Below, piece after piece: positions 49,041-62,010 of a DNA stretch of 64,000 bases. A model generated the notes under the pieces. It did not search any database, was not told the origin of the DNA, and saw only the letters and a list, made by a program, of their open reading frames with translations. The DNA is from Malacoraja senta (Eukaryota). Numbering within the stretch: the first letter of the stretch is position 1; every line of letters begins with the position of its first letter. A program made the position numbers and the translations under genes. The DNA lies in NCBI GenBank assembly GCA_038087875.1, contig CM075989.1, forward strand, positions 1,798,001 through 1,862,000, in the 5' to 3' direction.

Positions 49041-49333
49041 GGGCGGCACGGTGGTTGCAGCAGTAGAGTTGCTCCCTTACAGACCTGGGTTTGTTCCTGA
49101 CCATGGGTGCTGTCCGTATGGAGTTTGTATGTTCTCTCCGTGATCTTTGTGTGTTTTCACCGGGAGCTCCGGTTTCCTCCCGCACTCCAGTGATGTACAC
49201 GTTTGTAGGTTAATTGGCTTTGGTAAAATTGTAAATTGTCCCCAGTGTGTGGAGGATAGCGTTAGTGTGTGGGGATCACTGGTCAGAGCGCTCGGTGTTT
49301 CTGCATTGTAGCTCTAAACTAAACCTAAACTAA
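49041..49333 (+). mobile_element. HE1-like V-SINE
   Basis: tRNA head, V-domain and tail. Confidence 0.8.
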
Positions 49334-49430
49334 ATGTGAAATCCACAGTCAGAGAATGCGTTCATGGGGATTTATAAATGTTATTACCTTTAATGTGCAT
49401 CAGCAGTGGAGACATAACATCTGATGGATC

Positions 49431-49521
49431 TGAAGAAGGGTTTCGGCCCAAAACGTTGCCTATTTCCTTCGCTCCATAGATGCTGCTGCACCCGCTGAGT
49501 TTCTCCAGCATTTTTGTGTAC
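49431..49521 (+). mobile_element. 91-bp Penelope pLTR insertion with 13-bp TSD
   Basis: Two mismatches to 30962-31052. Flanked by CATCTGATGGATC at 49418-49430 and 49522-49534. Confidence 0.9.
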
Positions 49522-50670
49522 CATCTGATGGATCAACATGGGTCTAAATATCTGGTACGATTAGCAAAGCGACGCTTTTATCTTTGAAGTAATTTGCTTT
49601 ATAAAGGAGAGATCATTCTTTAATTCTGATCAAATAGCGACATTTCTCCCTCGAGTTGCACATCTTAAAGCCGGCGGTTTGCTGTGGCCTTTGCTGTTCT
49701 GCAAGTAACCTTGACCAATAAAGTACAGCTGCATCACGACATTGATCTATCTACACAACACACACACTGTTAAGTCAGCTCTCCTAGATTCTCCAATAAA
49801 AGCCCATCAGTTTTGAGACGGAAATTGTCGGGACCCATCTGCCTTCTCCGACCGGCCCTAAATCACATTTATTTTACCACAGTAAAACTTTATTATGTGA
49901 GAGATGAGATATAATTTAGAAAAGTGCCAGTGAATGCTGCCTTTGCAGTCTAATGGCCCGTGTGATATCACTTGTGATCCTGTATTTCTTTCTTGATTAA
50001 ATAAATGTCGTTTTTTTTTCCTTTTTGTCCTTTAGTGGGGGAAGGAAGTTGATAAGTTCTAGCAGCAGAATTAGGCCATTCGGCCCATCAAGTCTACTCC
50101 ATCATTCAATCATGGCTGATCTATCTTTCCCTCTCAATCCCATTCTCCTGCCTTCACCCCATAACCTTTGACACCCGTACTCATCAAGAAACTATCAATC
50201 TCCTTAAAAATATCCATTGACATGGCCTCCATGGTCTTCTGTGCCAATGAATTACACAAGTTTGGAGACGGAAACCTGAAACTTGACTGTTCTGGTCATT
50301 TTGTTCAGAGGAAATCGTTTTTAAATAGAATCCAGAAAGAGAGAGAGAACGCATTTCAATGTGATCAAACAAGATCGTGCAAGTCACAACTAATTGATGT
50401 ACAAAATCATCAAAATCAGAAAGATCTGACAAAATAAGAGGCAGCATTCCTGGTGTCCAGTACACACTCCAGACCCGATGGTGAGATTGAACTTCAGTGA
50501 CTTAGTTTGTCATCTCCTGGATGCTCAGCAAGGAATGCCCTGGGGATGCCTCATCTTTCTCTCCCATCTGTACATCTTCAGAAGTAAGAAAATAAAGGGC
50601 TGGAAGCATTTTGCAGGTGATCAAAATACCCTGCTAAATATATGACCAAATGTATATCTTGAGATATCTT

Positions 50671-50968
50671 GGGTGGCACGGTGGCACAGCGGTAGAGTTG
50701 CTACCTTACAGTGCCAGAGACCCGAGTTTGATCCCGACTACAGGTGGTGTCTGTACGGAGTTTGTATATTCTCCCTGTGACCTGTGTGGGTTTTCTCCAA
50801 GATTTTCGGTTTCCTCCCACACTCTAAAGATGTACAGGTTTGTAGGTTAATTGGCTTGGTATAAATGTAAATTGTCCCCAGTGTGTAGGATAGTGTTGGT
50901 GTGCTGGTCGGCGGGGACTCGGTGGGTTCTAGAGCCTGTTTCCATGCTGTATCTCTAAATTCTAAACT
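50671..50968 (+). mobile_element. HE1-like V-SINE
   Basis: tRNA head, V-domain and tail. Confidence 0.85.
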
Positions 50969-51691
50969 CTGAGATAAAAAAATGCTTGGTGCAAGGGTGA
51001 GCTATCCAGACCTTTCCAGAGGGAATGAGCAAAGAATCTGCAGTGTGCCTGGACTCAATGTTTAGGTGACGGAAGGCAAGGTCCAGAGATGCGTCCTGAA
51101 GATGGGTCCTGACCTGAAACATCATCTATTCATGTCCTCCAGAGATGAGGAATATGGGCCAAGAGCAGGCAGGTGGGACCAGTGTAAATGGGGCATGTTG
51201 GTTGGCGTGGGCATATTGGGCTGAAGGGCCTGCTTCCACACCGTATGACTCAATGACTGTGATTCTATGAGATGCTGACTGAGTTACTCCAGCACTTTGT
51301 GTTCTATACCAGTGCTTCCCCTCCTTGGAGAACATTGGTTAGACAGTTCAGCAACAATTGCACATTCACCATTATCAGCAGCAATGGCCTGGATGTTGAG
51401 GTGAGTGGTGAATGATTTGAGTTTGTATTGATTTACAAGTTAACTCTATGCTGATCCAGTGCAAAATCTGACAGAAATAGCTCTTTGCCCTAAACCACCC
51501 TCCAAATTATCAGGGGCTTGTGGGCAAGCAGGTGGTGGGGCAATTACAGGAGGAGAGTCTGGCAAAATAAGGACCTCCCAAGAAAATACTCCCAAGAAAG
51601 AAATGATTAAATAAACATGATTCAAAAACTTATCTCGGTCCATCCAAGTGTTCCTAATTGAAATGAACAAAGTTCTGCTCCTGTGTTGAGG

Positions 51692-51997
51692 TTTAGTTTA
51701 GTTTAGGGATACATTGTGGAAACAGGCCCTTCGGCCTACCGAGTCGGCACTAACCAGCGATCTCCACACACCAGCATTACCCTACACACTAGGGGAAATT
51801 TACACTCTTTACCAAAGCCAATTAACCTACAAACCTGTCCGTCTTTGGAATATGGGGGTGAACCGGAGCACCCGGAGGAAACCCACGCAGGTCACGGGGA
51901 GAACGTACAAACTCCATACATCCAGCACCCATGGTCGGGATCGAACCTGGGTCTCAGGCGCTGTAAGGCAGCAACTCTACCGCTGCTCCACTTGGTG
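51692..51997 (-). mobile_element. HE1-like V-SINE
   Basis: Reverse-complement copy with (TTTAG)n. Confidence 0.85.
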
Positions 51998-52253
51998 TCC
52001 AGCAAAAACTGCTGGAAAGTGCGAGACCTCCTCACTCACCTTGGTCTACTGAACTTGAAGACAACATCCAGGCCTTGGTTCAAAACATTAATCAGCTGAT
52101 ATTAATTAACTTGAGTTTAAATTCCCCAGTTGACTTGATGGGATCTGAACTTGTACCACCGGGCCTTTGGTCCAGACAATGACAGGAGGCACCGGAGAAT
52201 ACTAGGAATACCTGGGAACACCAGCTTCCCTGCAGTTAATACAATTTGATAGT

Positions 52254-52855
52254 GGGCGGCGCGACTTTTCGTTGCAGCGGCCTCTGCAGTCCGTCTGTCT
52301 TTTTATTATTTTTGTCTCGTTTTTATGTAGTTTTTTTTGTTTTTTTTTTGTCGGGGTATGTGTGTGGGGGGGGGGGGGTGGGGGTGGGGGTGGGGGTGGG
52401 GGTGGGGCTTCCGCAGCGGGGCTTCCGCAGCGGCGACTTCTCCCGCCCGAGTTGCGGGATTGAGGAGCACCTGGAGCGGGGCTTTATCCCCCCCGCGCGG
52501 CTTGGAATGGCTGCCGGACTTTGCGGGCGAGCGCCGGGGCTCTAACACCAAGACCCGGTGCGCGACCTTGCATCACCCGGCGTGGCTTTAATGGCTGCGG
52601 GATAATCACCATCGCCCGCCGGGGGCTTTGACTTTGACTCTGACATCGGGGGGGGGGGGGAGTGCAGTGGAGAGATACGTTATTTTTGCCTTCCATCACA
52701 GCGTTGTGATGGATGTATGTGTAAATTGTGTTGTGTCTCGGGTCTTCTTTGTTTTGTATTGTATGGCTGCAGAAACGACATTTCGTTTGGACCTCAAGGG
52801 GTCCAAATGACAAATTTGTCCCTCAAAAGACAAATTAAAAAAAAATTGAATTGAA
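52254..52855 (+). mobile_element. CpG-rich non-coding retroposon with a similar head and tail architecture
   Basis: GGGCGGCGC...CTGCAGTCCGTC-T-rich-G-run head, GC-rich body, TTTCGTTTGGACC..GGTCCAAATGACAA hairpin tail with (AATTG)n. Confidence 0.55.
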
Positions 52856-53869
52856 GTCACACATTGCCCTGACGTACCATATATCATTGCTACTGCCCCG
52901 GGTGCCAGGAAATGGTTCAGGAATGTTCCACCCAACAGCACTGTGGAAGCACCTTCACCAGAGGGACTGGAGCACTTCAAGGTAGCTGCTCCACCACCTT
53001 CTCAAGGGCAATGAGGCATGGGTCCATCCCCGCGACATTCACTTCAATACATGGATACTAAGAAATTCAGTAGTTTTGTTTCAGATTTGCAGTATCTTTC
53101 AAACAAGGACCTCCCTGTTATCACCTTCCTTGGCACCCGACATCCCTTTGGTCTGAATGGTAGCGTCAGACCTCAACAGTATCCTTACTTTCAAAGAGAG
53201 AAATGGAGAAGGAGCCAGCTAGAGAGAGCGGAGGAGACTGGAAAATAAAGAGTTCGGGAGTTCAGTGTGACAGTGAAGAGAAACGGAATGACTTTATTTG
53301 ACATGGCCACTGTATGCCCGATAATAATGGTAAAAATGGTCTCATGCCCACATATGACTTTATAATTCACTCACATAAATCATTATCAACAACTTGCAAG
53401 TATATAGAGCCTTTAACATAGAAAAATGTCTCATGGTGCTTCACAGAGGCAGAATCAGATTAAATGGACTTTGGGAAAGGGAGATGTCGGATGGGGAAAT
53501 CAAAAGTTTGTTCGAAAAGGTGCGTGGTAAAGGAGACGAGTACATTGTTGGGTGAGAGGGGAGTGAGGTAATGGTAGAGGGATACCTGCTGCCTACATGT
53601 GGTTGGTTGTGAGGTGCAGTATTGGGAGGAGGCGGTGGGAATGCGCTATAGGTTCCAGCGATTATACGATGCTTTCATGTTATAATAAGAACATAACAAA
53701 TATTTCCACTCGTGTACCATTTGGTCCTCTGAGCCAAGACTGCCTTGCAATAAGATCATGGCTAATCTTTTCCCTCATCTCTGTCTTCCTATACTATTAC
53801 CATCTCATGACTGAGAATTTGGATCCTTCTGGTTCAGCGACTCAAACGCCCAGGAGTGAAGAAGACGGC

Positions 53870-54375
53870 TAAAAATGGTGAACGTTGCCCAGTCCATCAT
53901 GGGTTCTGATCTCCCCACCAACAAGGTGATGGCTCAGAAAGGCAGCCAGCATCATCAGAGGCCCACATCACCCCGGCCACACTCTCATTTCACCCCTGCC
54001 AACGGGTAGAAGATAAAGGGAGCCTGAAAACTGTAGAGTCCAGGTTCAGGGACAGCTTGTTCCCTACAGCCATCAGGTCATTAAACACGACAACCTCCAA
54101 ATAAGCTCTGAACTACATAGACTTGGGGGCATTGGTTTTGTTATTTTGCACTATTATTGTTTGTTGGTTTGTTTTTATGTGTGTGTGTTTGTGTGTAGAA
54201 TAAACAGGAAAAAAAGGGTTGTATGTGTATGCGTAATTATACATACAAGTATATATACACACACAATCTTTTTTCTTGTTCATTATATTGTTTACAGAGT
54301 ACTACGTTTACATATTCTGTTTACATATTTTATTGTTCTGACTGGAACACATGGCAATAAATCACTCTTGACTTG
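53870..54375 (+). mobile_element. Rex1/Babar-type 3' fragment (degraded)
   Basis: GCCAGCATCATCA...CCAGGTTCAGGGACAGCTT..CAGCCATCAGG, homologous to 15530-15670. Confidence 0.65.
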
Positions 54376-54899
54376 ATATCCTGTGGATGAAGAAACATCT
54401 ATTTATCTTTGTCCCAGGCAGCTGCTTCCTTATTCTGAGTTAGTCTGGCCGGTTTTAATCTCCCCAGCCAAGGGATTGATGTTCCTGTTATTTACCATTT
54501 TAAACCCCTTGAGAATCGGGACATCTCACGTTTGTCTGAACTCTGCACAACATAGTTCCAGATCACTCCCCCTCATGGGACAATGGCCTCATATGGTTCA
54601 TTAGACCCTGACATTTGAATGTCTTGGATGTAATAGTGGTCATCCACTAACAAGCTTGCTGGCCATGTGAACAGTGAATGTACATTCCTCTTCCCACAAT
54701 CTCCTCATGTAGATGGAATGTTCATGTTCAGAAGACCTAGGAGCAGAATTAGGCCATTCGGCCCATCAAGTCTACTCCACCATTCAATCGTGGCTGATCT
54801 ATTTTACCCTCTTAACCCCATTCTCCTGCCTTCTCCCCATAACCCCTGACACCCGTACTAATGCCCCACTAACCATGTGATTCACGGAGATTTGCTTTA

Positions 54900-57800
54900 G
54901 TTGTAGGGGTGAGATTTGTTTACAGCAATGAAGATAAATAGAATGGAGTTAGGGGGCAGTGACTCACTCTTTTGAACGCAGTTGTTCATTGATTAGTAAG
55001 TGCCATGACACTGTGAAGCCCCCTTCTCTACAACTGTCCATTGTCCATCCGATCAGCAAAAAACCTGAACAGTTTTGTTATCCATGTTCAGTTGACACTT
55101 GGGTTGAATCAGCAGTATGTCTGTGATGCAAAGTAATTCTTCACATTTCACGTTTTTGCAAAACTTTCTTTGACTTTCCTGCTTTGAATCAGAATCAGAT
55201 TTATAGAGAAGCACCCAGATACGGCAGGTGATGGAATATGTTGTTGGATTTCAGCCGATGTGGGACAACAGGGCCCTTAATTACTGAGTCTTCCATGAGA
55301 ATCCCAGCCAACTGCTCATCTGGAATGGCAATACTTGATCATAACATCCACAAGGGAAATGTGCCTTGATGGATCATTGTTGGATCTCAATTTCCAGTCA
55401 GATACACACATCTGGGGCAACATTAACAAGGGGGACAATAATTGCCCACTGCTCCTGGCACACTGAGCCCCGAATTAAATACATGTCAGACGCCATCTCT
55501 CCATCACTGGCATTTCTGCTGACACATGACTATTGTTCAGCCCTGGTTACACACCTGGGATGGACATACTAATAATAGTATTATTGTAAATACATTGACG
55601 GAGATTGTCTCTGATCAGTCTAACACAATTACAAAATACAACTTAGCAAGGGGTACAGACCAAGAGAACCCTTCCCCAATCCTATCTGTGATTACGCTAT
55701 ACTAGAGCTCAGGGGCATTTTTGTCTCCTTGTTACTTTAGGGCATCAGGCATAGGGCTGCCTTAATGGTAGTCATGTTTCCAGTGTCAACACCATGTCAT
55801 TGTCAAGTTGATCCAATTGAGTTGCCATTCCCATTCCCATTCCCATTCCCATTCCCATTCCCATTCCCATTCAAAGAGCACTGGGCATGTGTGAGTCATT
55901 CTGGCATCATTTGCCAGCTCTCGTTTAGTCTTGGTCGGTAGGTCATGGGGAATAATGGAGGTGTATATAGGGCAACAGAATATTATTCCAACTGCTTGCT
56001 TCCCTTCCTCAGCAAGCAACATGACAACAAAACTAAAGGTGTGTCTGGAACAAGAACATAAAGAGAGAAGTTAACATAGGATCCCCGCAGCTCCAGGTCC
56101 TAACTGAGTGGCATTGAGCCAACCAGTAATACAAGGGGCTGAGAATGAGGATGCACTGTGCAGCTCTGACTGTCCAACAGGTGACCAGTGTAAACTGGAG
56201 CCACTGCTGCATGTTCCGTGTTCCCATGTCTGCTTGTTGAATAGGTGCATAGGGTGGAGATCCAGTGGATGTTGTGTTGGCCAGGTGGGCTTTCAGACTT
56301 GTACTGGTGTTAGCAGTGGTCACATATTTGGCTGGTTTTACAAATTTGCCAGTTTGATGAAATTCCGTGTCCACAGGGAATAGGATTGGCTTAGTGACCA
56401 TGACTTCACTGTCTCTCCGTTTTAGTACGAACATGAATTGTAGAAGAGGAAGTTTGAATATAAGAAGCAGGGTCATTGAAGAAGTGGAGAACGAGGCTAC
56501 TAATACAGGCACGCTGTATCCCATGACTTACATCCAGTCCCGTCATCTCTGGGCTCCCACATCCATCCTTCACTCGTTAAGTCTATCAGAGCACATCTAT
56601 TTCTTGGTACAAAGCTACCACTAGCAAAGTATACAGCAGCAGACAAGACAGCAAGCCTGAAGAACAGTGATACCCTCCAGAATTTAAAGTTCACTCCAGG
56701 ACTCTTGTCTGTGCACAGGTTCTTGTACAAACACTATCTGGTTAGATTCACAGTTGGCACAGCTTTTGACATTAGACCACAACAGTCAAACAATCGTTCA
56801 TCCCCAGACTGCACGCTGGCGGTCGGAAAGAAGGGATTAGAGGTGCTTCCGTGAAACATCAGTTTATGCTAGCATTATCTGCAAGCCTTACTCATGAAGG
56901 AGAGACTGGCCAGTCTCGTTGACACTCAGTAGACAGATGCCCAACATTATTGTCGTGTCAGGGAGACTTCTTGCTTCCATTCTCAGTTAGAGATTGGTGT
57001 GATCTAACCTGAGGACATCTGTCTGCACCATGAACAGCCATTTGGGAGGATCATAATACATCCCTGTTACTCCATGGAGCTGCTTCCTTCCTCCTCCGAG
57101 GACCACATGATTCAAAGGTGGTTGTCGATCATGGTGTTGGGTGATGGGCTCCAGTCTACCAGGCAAGCCAGTCTCCGTCTGCCCTCATCCATTGACCATT
57201 ACTTCAGGATCATCACAGGCTCTGCAGGAAGAACTTCCAATGTATATCAAATATACATCTGCAGACTCTTCACCGGCAACTTGGAGGATAGCAGTTGCGA
57301 CTGAATGGCCCTCTCCTGAAGAAGGGAATGTCCGTAACTCACCACTCATTGACCTGTCATACAGGAAGTCAAAGGTGTGACCTATTCACAATGTCAATGC
57401 GGAGTTCACTTCTTTAAAAAAAAGAACTCTGCTGCGTTTTATAGCTTAGAAATCAAAATAAAGTGAAAACATTTGCGTATAAATATACAGATGGATAATG
57501 CACTGAGCTGTTTAAAGCATCATAACTGTAGCGCACAACTGGGATTGATAACAATAACTTTAAAATAACAGTTGGTTGACAAAAGGTACATAGAACTGGC
57601 CAGAACAGTAGGCGATTCAATCTACACCAAGCAATTTGTCGACATATGCAACCACTGCGGCACCTGCCTCAGACACTTGTAGCTCAGTATCCCAAGGAAT
57701 TGTTGGGTAGCAATCCTGCTGCACTCTCTCTGGTTTGTGGAAACCTTCTTTCCGATCGTAGGATTGCCCTCCGAAACGTTTAAAGAGTTCCAAACACTGT

Positions 57801-58304
57801 TGATCCTTTGGAAGAGAACTCGGAATGATCGCCCAAATGCCTGGTGAGGCTAATTCCTTCCAGATCTGAATCCCCCCCCCCCCCCCCACCCCCGACGGCA
57901 GTCGAGCTGCACACCAGACCTGCTCACCAGATGAAGCACGAGAACAAAGAAGGACCTGATGTTGAGTAACATCAGTCCGAGCGCCCAGTTCAAACCCTCC
58001 TGGGGGGCCCAGCTTGGTGGTTGGGTGAACTCAATGGGTTGGTGGACTTTGCACAGCCCTTGTGCACATTGACAGGGGGGGGGCGAGGTGTGCCATGGTT
58101 TCACAGGTCTGGAGCGACGCTGTTTGGAACCCAAACTCCTCTTCCTTGCAGCAACCTTCTGTGTGCAGGTACCAGGAAAATAGCCTCAGAAACAACTGTA
58201 CATTTTATATACAGCAGGCACTTCACTTTTTGAATTTCCCAAATGAAGCCGTAGTTTACTGTTGGGATTAGGTACATTCAGGAGGGGCCGAGACACTTGG
58301 TCCA
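54900..58304 (-). other. NTRK3: Putative NTRK3 3' UTR / downstream single-copy region
   Basis: Follows the TAG stop and is nearly free of the repeats that fill the rest of the window. The distal end and poly(A) site were not determined. Confidence 0.45.
55825..55872. repeat. (CCCATT)n hexamer microsatellite, about 8 copies
   Basis: Directly visible. Confidence 0.95.
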
Positions 58305-58504
58305 CTACCCTAGAATATCCAGGTAGATGGGCGAGGTCTTGCCCAGAGCTTGCAGGATCTGATGAATGTCTTTGATGCTTAACCTCTGCTGGGGTTCCCT
58401 CTGCCAGCACCGCAGCATGATGTCATAGACCTCCTTGGGACAAACCCTCGGCCTCTCCAGTACGCGTCCCTGCGTGATGCATTCAATCACATGCATTCAA
58501 TCAC
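58305..58504 (-). CDS. NTRK3: Last coding exon of a Trk receptor tyrosine kinase (TrkC-like), with a 14-bp duplication at its start
   Basis: Acceptor TTGCAG at 58505-58510. Encodes [61 protein letters not shown], matching the TrkC C-terminus ([28 protein letters not shown]). Confidence 0.9.
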
Positions 58505-58859
58505 CTGCAATCAAACACATGTCCCGTTAGTATCTGCTATCCACTGCCGTCCACTTGAGTGATCAGTTCAGTTCATTGTCACGTGTACCGAGGTACAGTG
58601 AAAAGCTTTTGTTGCGTGCTAACCAGTCAGCAAAAAGACAATACATGATTACAATCGAGCCATTTACAATGTATAGATACATGATATACAGTGTACAAAT
58701 GCCATCACGCTAAACCTGGTTTTTTGAATCTGTAGATGTATATTTCATATACATTGGAAGTTCTTCCTGCAGAGCCTGTGATGACCCTGAAGTAATGGTT
58801 AACGGATGCGGACTGGCTTGCCTGGTACACTGGAGCCCATAGTTTGGAAAACATTACTT

Positions 58860-59750
58860 TGGTTGGGCCACACATGCAGTTCTGGTTGCCCCATTACAAG
58901 AAGGATATAGAGGCTTTGGAAAAGGTGAAGAGGAAGTTTACCACAATAAAGCCTGGATGAGGCGGGTATTAGCTAAAGGGAGAGATTGGACAGACTTGGA
59001 ATGTTTTCTCTGGAACACTGGAGGTTATGATAGAAGTGTATAAAATTATGAGAGGCTTAGAACATTTTTTCCCAGGATGGAATCATCAAAGACTAGACAG
59101 CATAACTTTATTTTAAGAGGGGCAGAGTTTAAAAGAGATATGTGGGGCACGTTTTTTATATGGAACACATTGCCAGGGGTCGTGGTGAAGGCAGATACTT
59201 TAGTGGTGTTTAAAAGCCTTTTGGTTAGGCATGTGGATATGTAGAGATGGAGGGATATGGATTATCCACACGGCAGATAAGAGTGGTCCTACCATCATGT
59301 TCAGCATCATCGTAGGTTCACCTACGACCAGCGTTTGTCCACATCTGGTCTGTACTCGCTGGAGTTTAGAAGAATGAGGGGGAGCCTCATTGAAACATAC
59401 AGAATAGTGAAAGGCTTTGATGGTATGGATGTGGAGAGGATGTTTCCACTAGTGGGAGAATCTAGGACCAGAGGTCACAGCCTCAGAATTAAAGGACGGT
59501 CTTTTAGGAAGGAGATGAGGAGAAATTTCTTTAGTCAGATGGTGGTGAATTTGTGGAATTCTTTGCCACAGAAGGCTGTAGAGGCCAAGTAAGTGGATAT
59601 GTTTAAGGCAGAGATAGATATATTCTTGATTAATACAGGTGTCAGAGGCTATGAGGAGAAGGCAGGAGAATGGGGATAGGAGTGGGAGATAGATCAGCCA
59701 TGGTGGAGTAGACTTGATGGGCTGAATGGCACAATTCTACTCCTATCACT
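58860..59750 (+). mobile_element. Two tandem CR1 3' fragments in the NTRK3 intron
   Basis: GLYSLEFRRMRGSLIETY...VVNLWNSLPQKAVEA and 3' UTR pieces. Confidence 0.8.
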
Positions 59751-60037
59751 TTTCGGGTTTTGGGTGGAGACCCTTCTTCAGACACGGAACCTTCTCTCCA
59801 GTGATGCTGCCTGTCCCGCTGAGTTACTCCAGCATTTTGTGTCTATCTGTACTGTTCCATGCTCTAGATTCTATTACAGCCTAAGAGATAGCCGGGAACA
59901 ATCATCGCCTCCAGTTGTGCCGATCCACTTACTGTTTGCCCTGTTGCCTTGCTGAGAATGGCTGCTGTCAAAGCAATCCCTGCCTTGTAACCAGCCACTC
60001 ACTGCCACAGACAGTCACAACTCGTATTAATTACACC

Positions 60038-60555
60038 AATGCCTCTACTTCCTTAGAAGGCATAGGAAGTTGGTGAACTCTCGCCAACTTCTACAGATGC
60101 ACCATAGAAAGCATTTTATCAGGATGCATCACAGCTTGGTTTGGGAACAGCTCCATCCAAGACCGCAAGAAATTGCAGCGAATTGTGGACGCAGCCCAGA
60201 CCATCACACAAACCAACCACCCTTCCATTGACTCCATTTATACCTCACGCTGCCTCGGCAAGGCCAGCAGCATAATCAAGGATGAGTGGCACCCTGGCCA
60301 CTCCCTCTTCTCCCCTCTCGCAGTGGGCAAGAGGTACAGAAATGTGAAAACACACACCTCCAGATTCAGGGACAGTTTCTTCCAGCTGTTATCAGGCAAC
60401 TGAATCCTCCCACCACAGTCCTGAACTAGTATCTACCTCATTGGTGACCTGTACATGGCTCGATTGTAATCATGTATTGTCTTTCCGCTGACTGGGTAGC
60501 ACGCAACAAAGGGTTTCCACTGTATGTTGGTACACATGACTAGAAACTAAACTCA
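60038..60555 (+). mobile_element. Rex1/Babar-type LINE 3' fragment
   Basis: Closely similar to 15300-15675 (FYRCTIES, CITAWFGNSSIQDRKKLQRIV, RFRDSFF). Confidence 0.8.
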
Positions 60556-61827
60556 TCAGCACTTGGCACTGTCCAACCAATCAACTACAAAGTAATCAAG
60601 TATTTTTTTTAAACTGATGAAACAAAGTGCTGGAGTACTCCGTGGATCAGGCAGCATCTGTGGAGACACAGGAATTGTTGACATTTTGGGCAAGCCTTGT
60701 GAGGAAACGTTGACTGCCCCTTTGTCTCCACAGATGCTGCCTGACCCACTGATTACTCCAGCACTTTGTTTCTTGCTCCAGACTTCAGCACCTGCAGTCT
60801 CTTGTGCCTTCAAACCAATTAAGTTTGTGCTCTTCATGGGTTGGATTGATGTTTGAGGTCATATTATTTTCCAGTCTTCTTCCCTTTTTACGGCAACAAT
60901 GGGTACTTGCATTTATATGGCTCCTTTAATGTAGGGAAAACCACCTCAATGGTTTGCATTGGCTCAATGTGACAAATGAACACACGGCAAAGAATCGTAG
61001 GATACGGGGAGTGTTATTGAACAAAAATGACAGAAGGGATATGAAGATGGGTCAGAGAGGTGGGATTCACAGAGGAGACACAAAGTGCTGGAGTAACTCC
61101 GATAATGAGGAACTCGTCTAGGACGAGTCACACTCTGGCCACTCTCTCTTCTCCCCTCTCCCATCAGGCAAAAGGTATAGAAGTGACATTGCTGGTGAAC
61201 ATGGAAAGGTGCCGTTTGGGGCAGGACCCTTCTTCCTCATATAAACATAGAAAATAGGTGCCGGAGTTGGCCATTTGGCACTTTGACCCAGCACCGCCAT
61301 TCAATATGATCATGACTGATCATCCAAAATCAGTACCCCGTTCCTGCCTTCTCCCCATATCCCTTGGGATGTTTGATTGTAAGGTGTGATTGTAAGGTGA
61401 AGAGAAGAACGCTGCAAGAGTGGAGGCAAGACAAAGCCTTAGGCAGGCAGGTAACAGGGTTTTAAGAGGCTTTATAAGGGAGGAAGGAAAGGAACTCAAG
61501 AACATGAGCACACAAGTAGAAATTTGACTGCAGCGAACGGACTGATTAACTGAAAGGTGAACAAGAGGGCAAAGCTGGCTGAACACAGGATCAGAGGGAG
61601 CTCAGTATTCTGGAGCAGAGTGCAGAGATATGGAGAAACAGGACTAGAGAGGATTTGAAAACAAAAGAGACCATTGAACCATTAGCTTAGCTGGGAGCTA
61701 ATATAGATACAGGCAACTGAATTTGGTGCTTTATTAAAAACAGACATGAAGTGCTGGAGTAACTCAGCGGGTCAGGCAGCATCTCTGGAGAACATGGAAT
61801 GGTGTTGTTTCAGGACGGGACCCTTAA

Positions 61828-62010
61828 GTTTAGTTTAGCTTAGAGATACAGTGTGGAAACAGGCCCTTCGGCCCACCGGGTCCGTGCCGTGCCGTGCCGA
61901 CCAGCGATCCCGTACACTAGCACTCTCCTATACACTAGGGACAATTTACAATCTTTACCAAAGCCAATTAACCTACAAACCTGCATGTCTTTGGAATGTG
62001 GGAGGAAACC
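61828..62010 (-). mobile_element. Partial HE1-like V-SINE inside a PLE terminal fragment
   Basis: SINE 3' half, with GGACCCTT on both sides interrupting a pLTR-like sequence. Confidence 0.7.

Noticed and set aside
56033..56730. ORFs of 76-163 aa downstream of NTRK3
   Set aside because: No recognisable motifs; lengths are compatible with chance.
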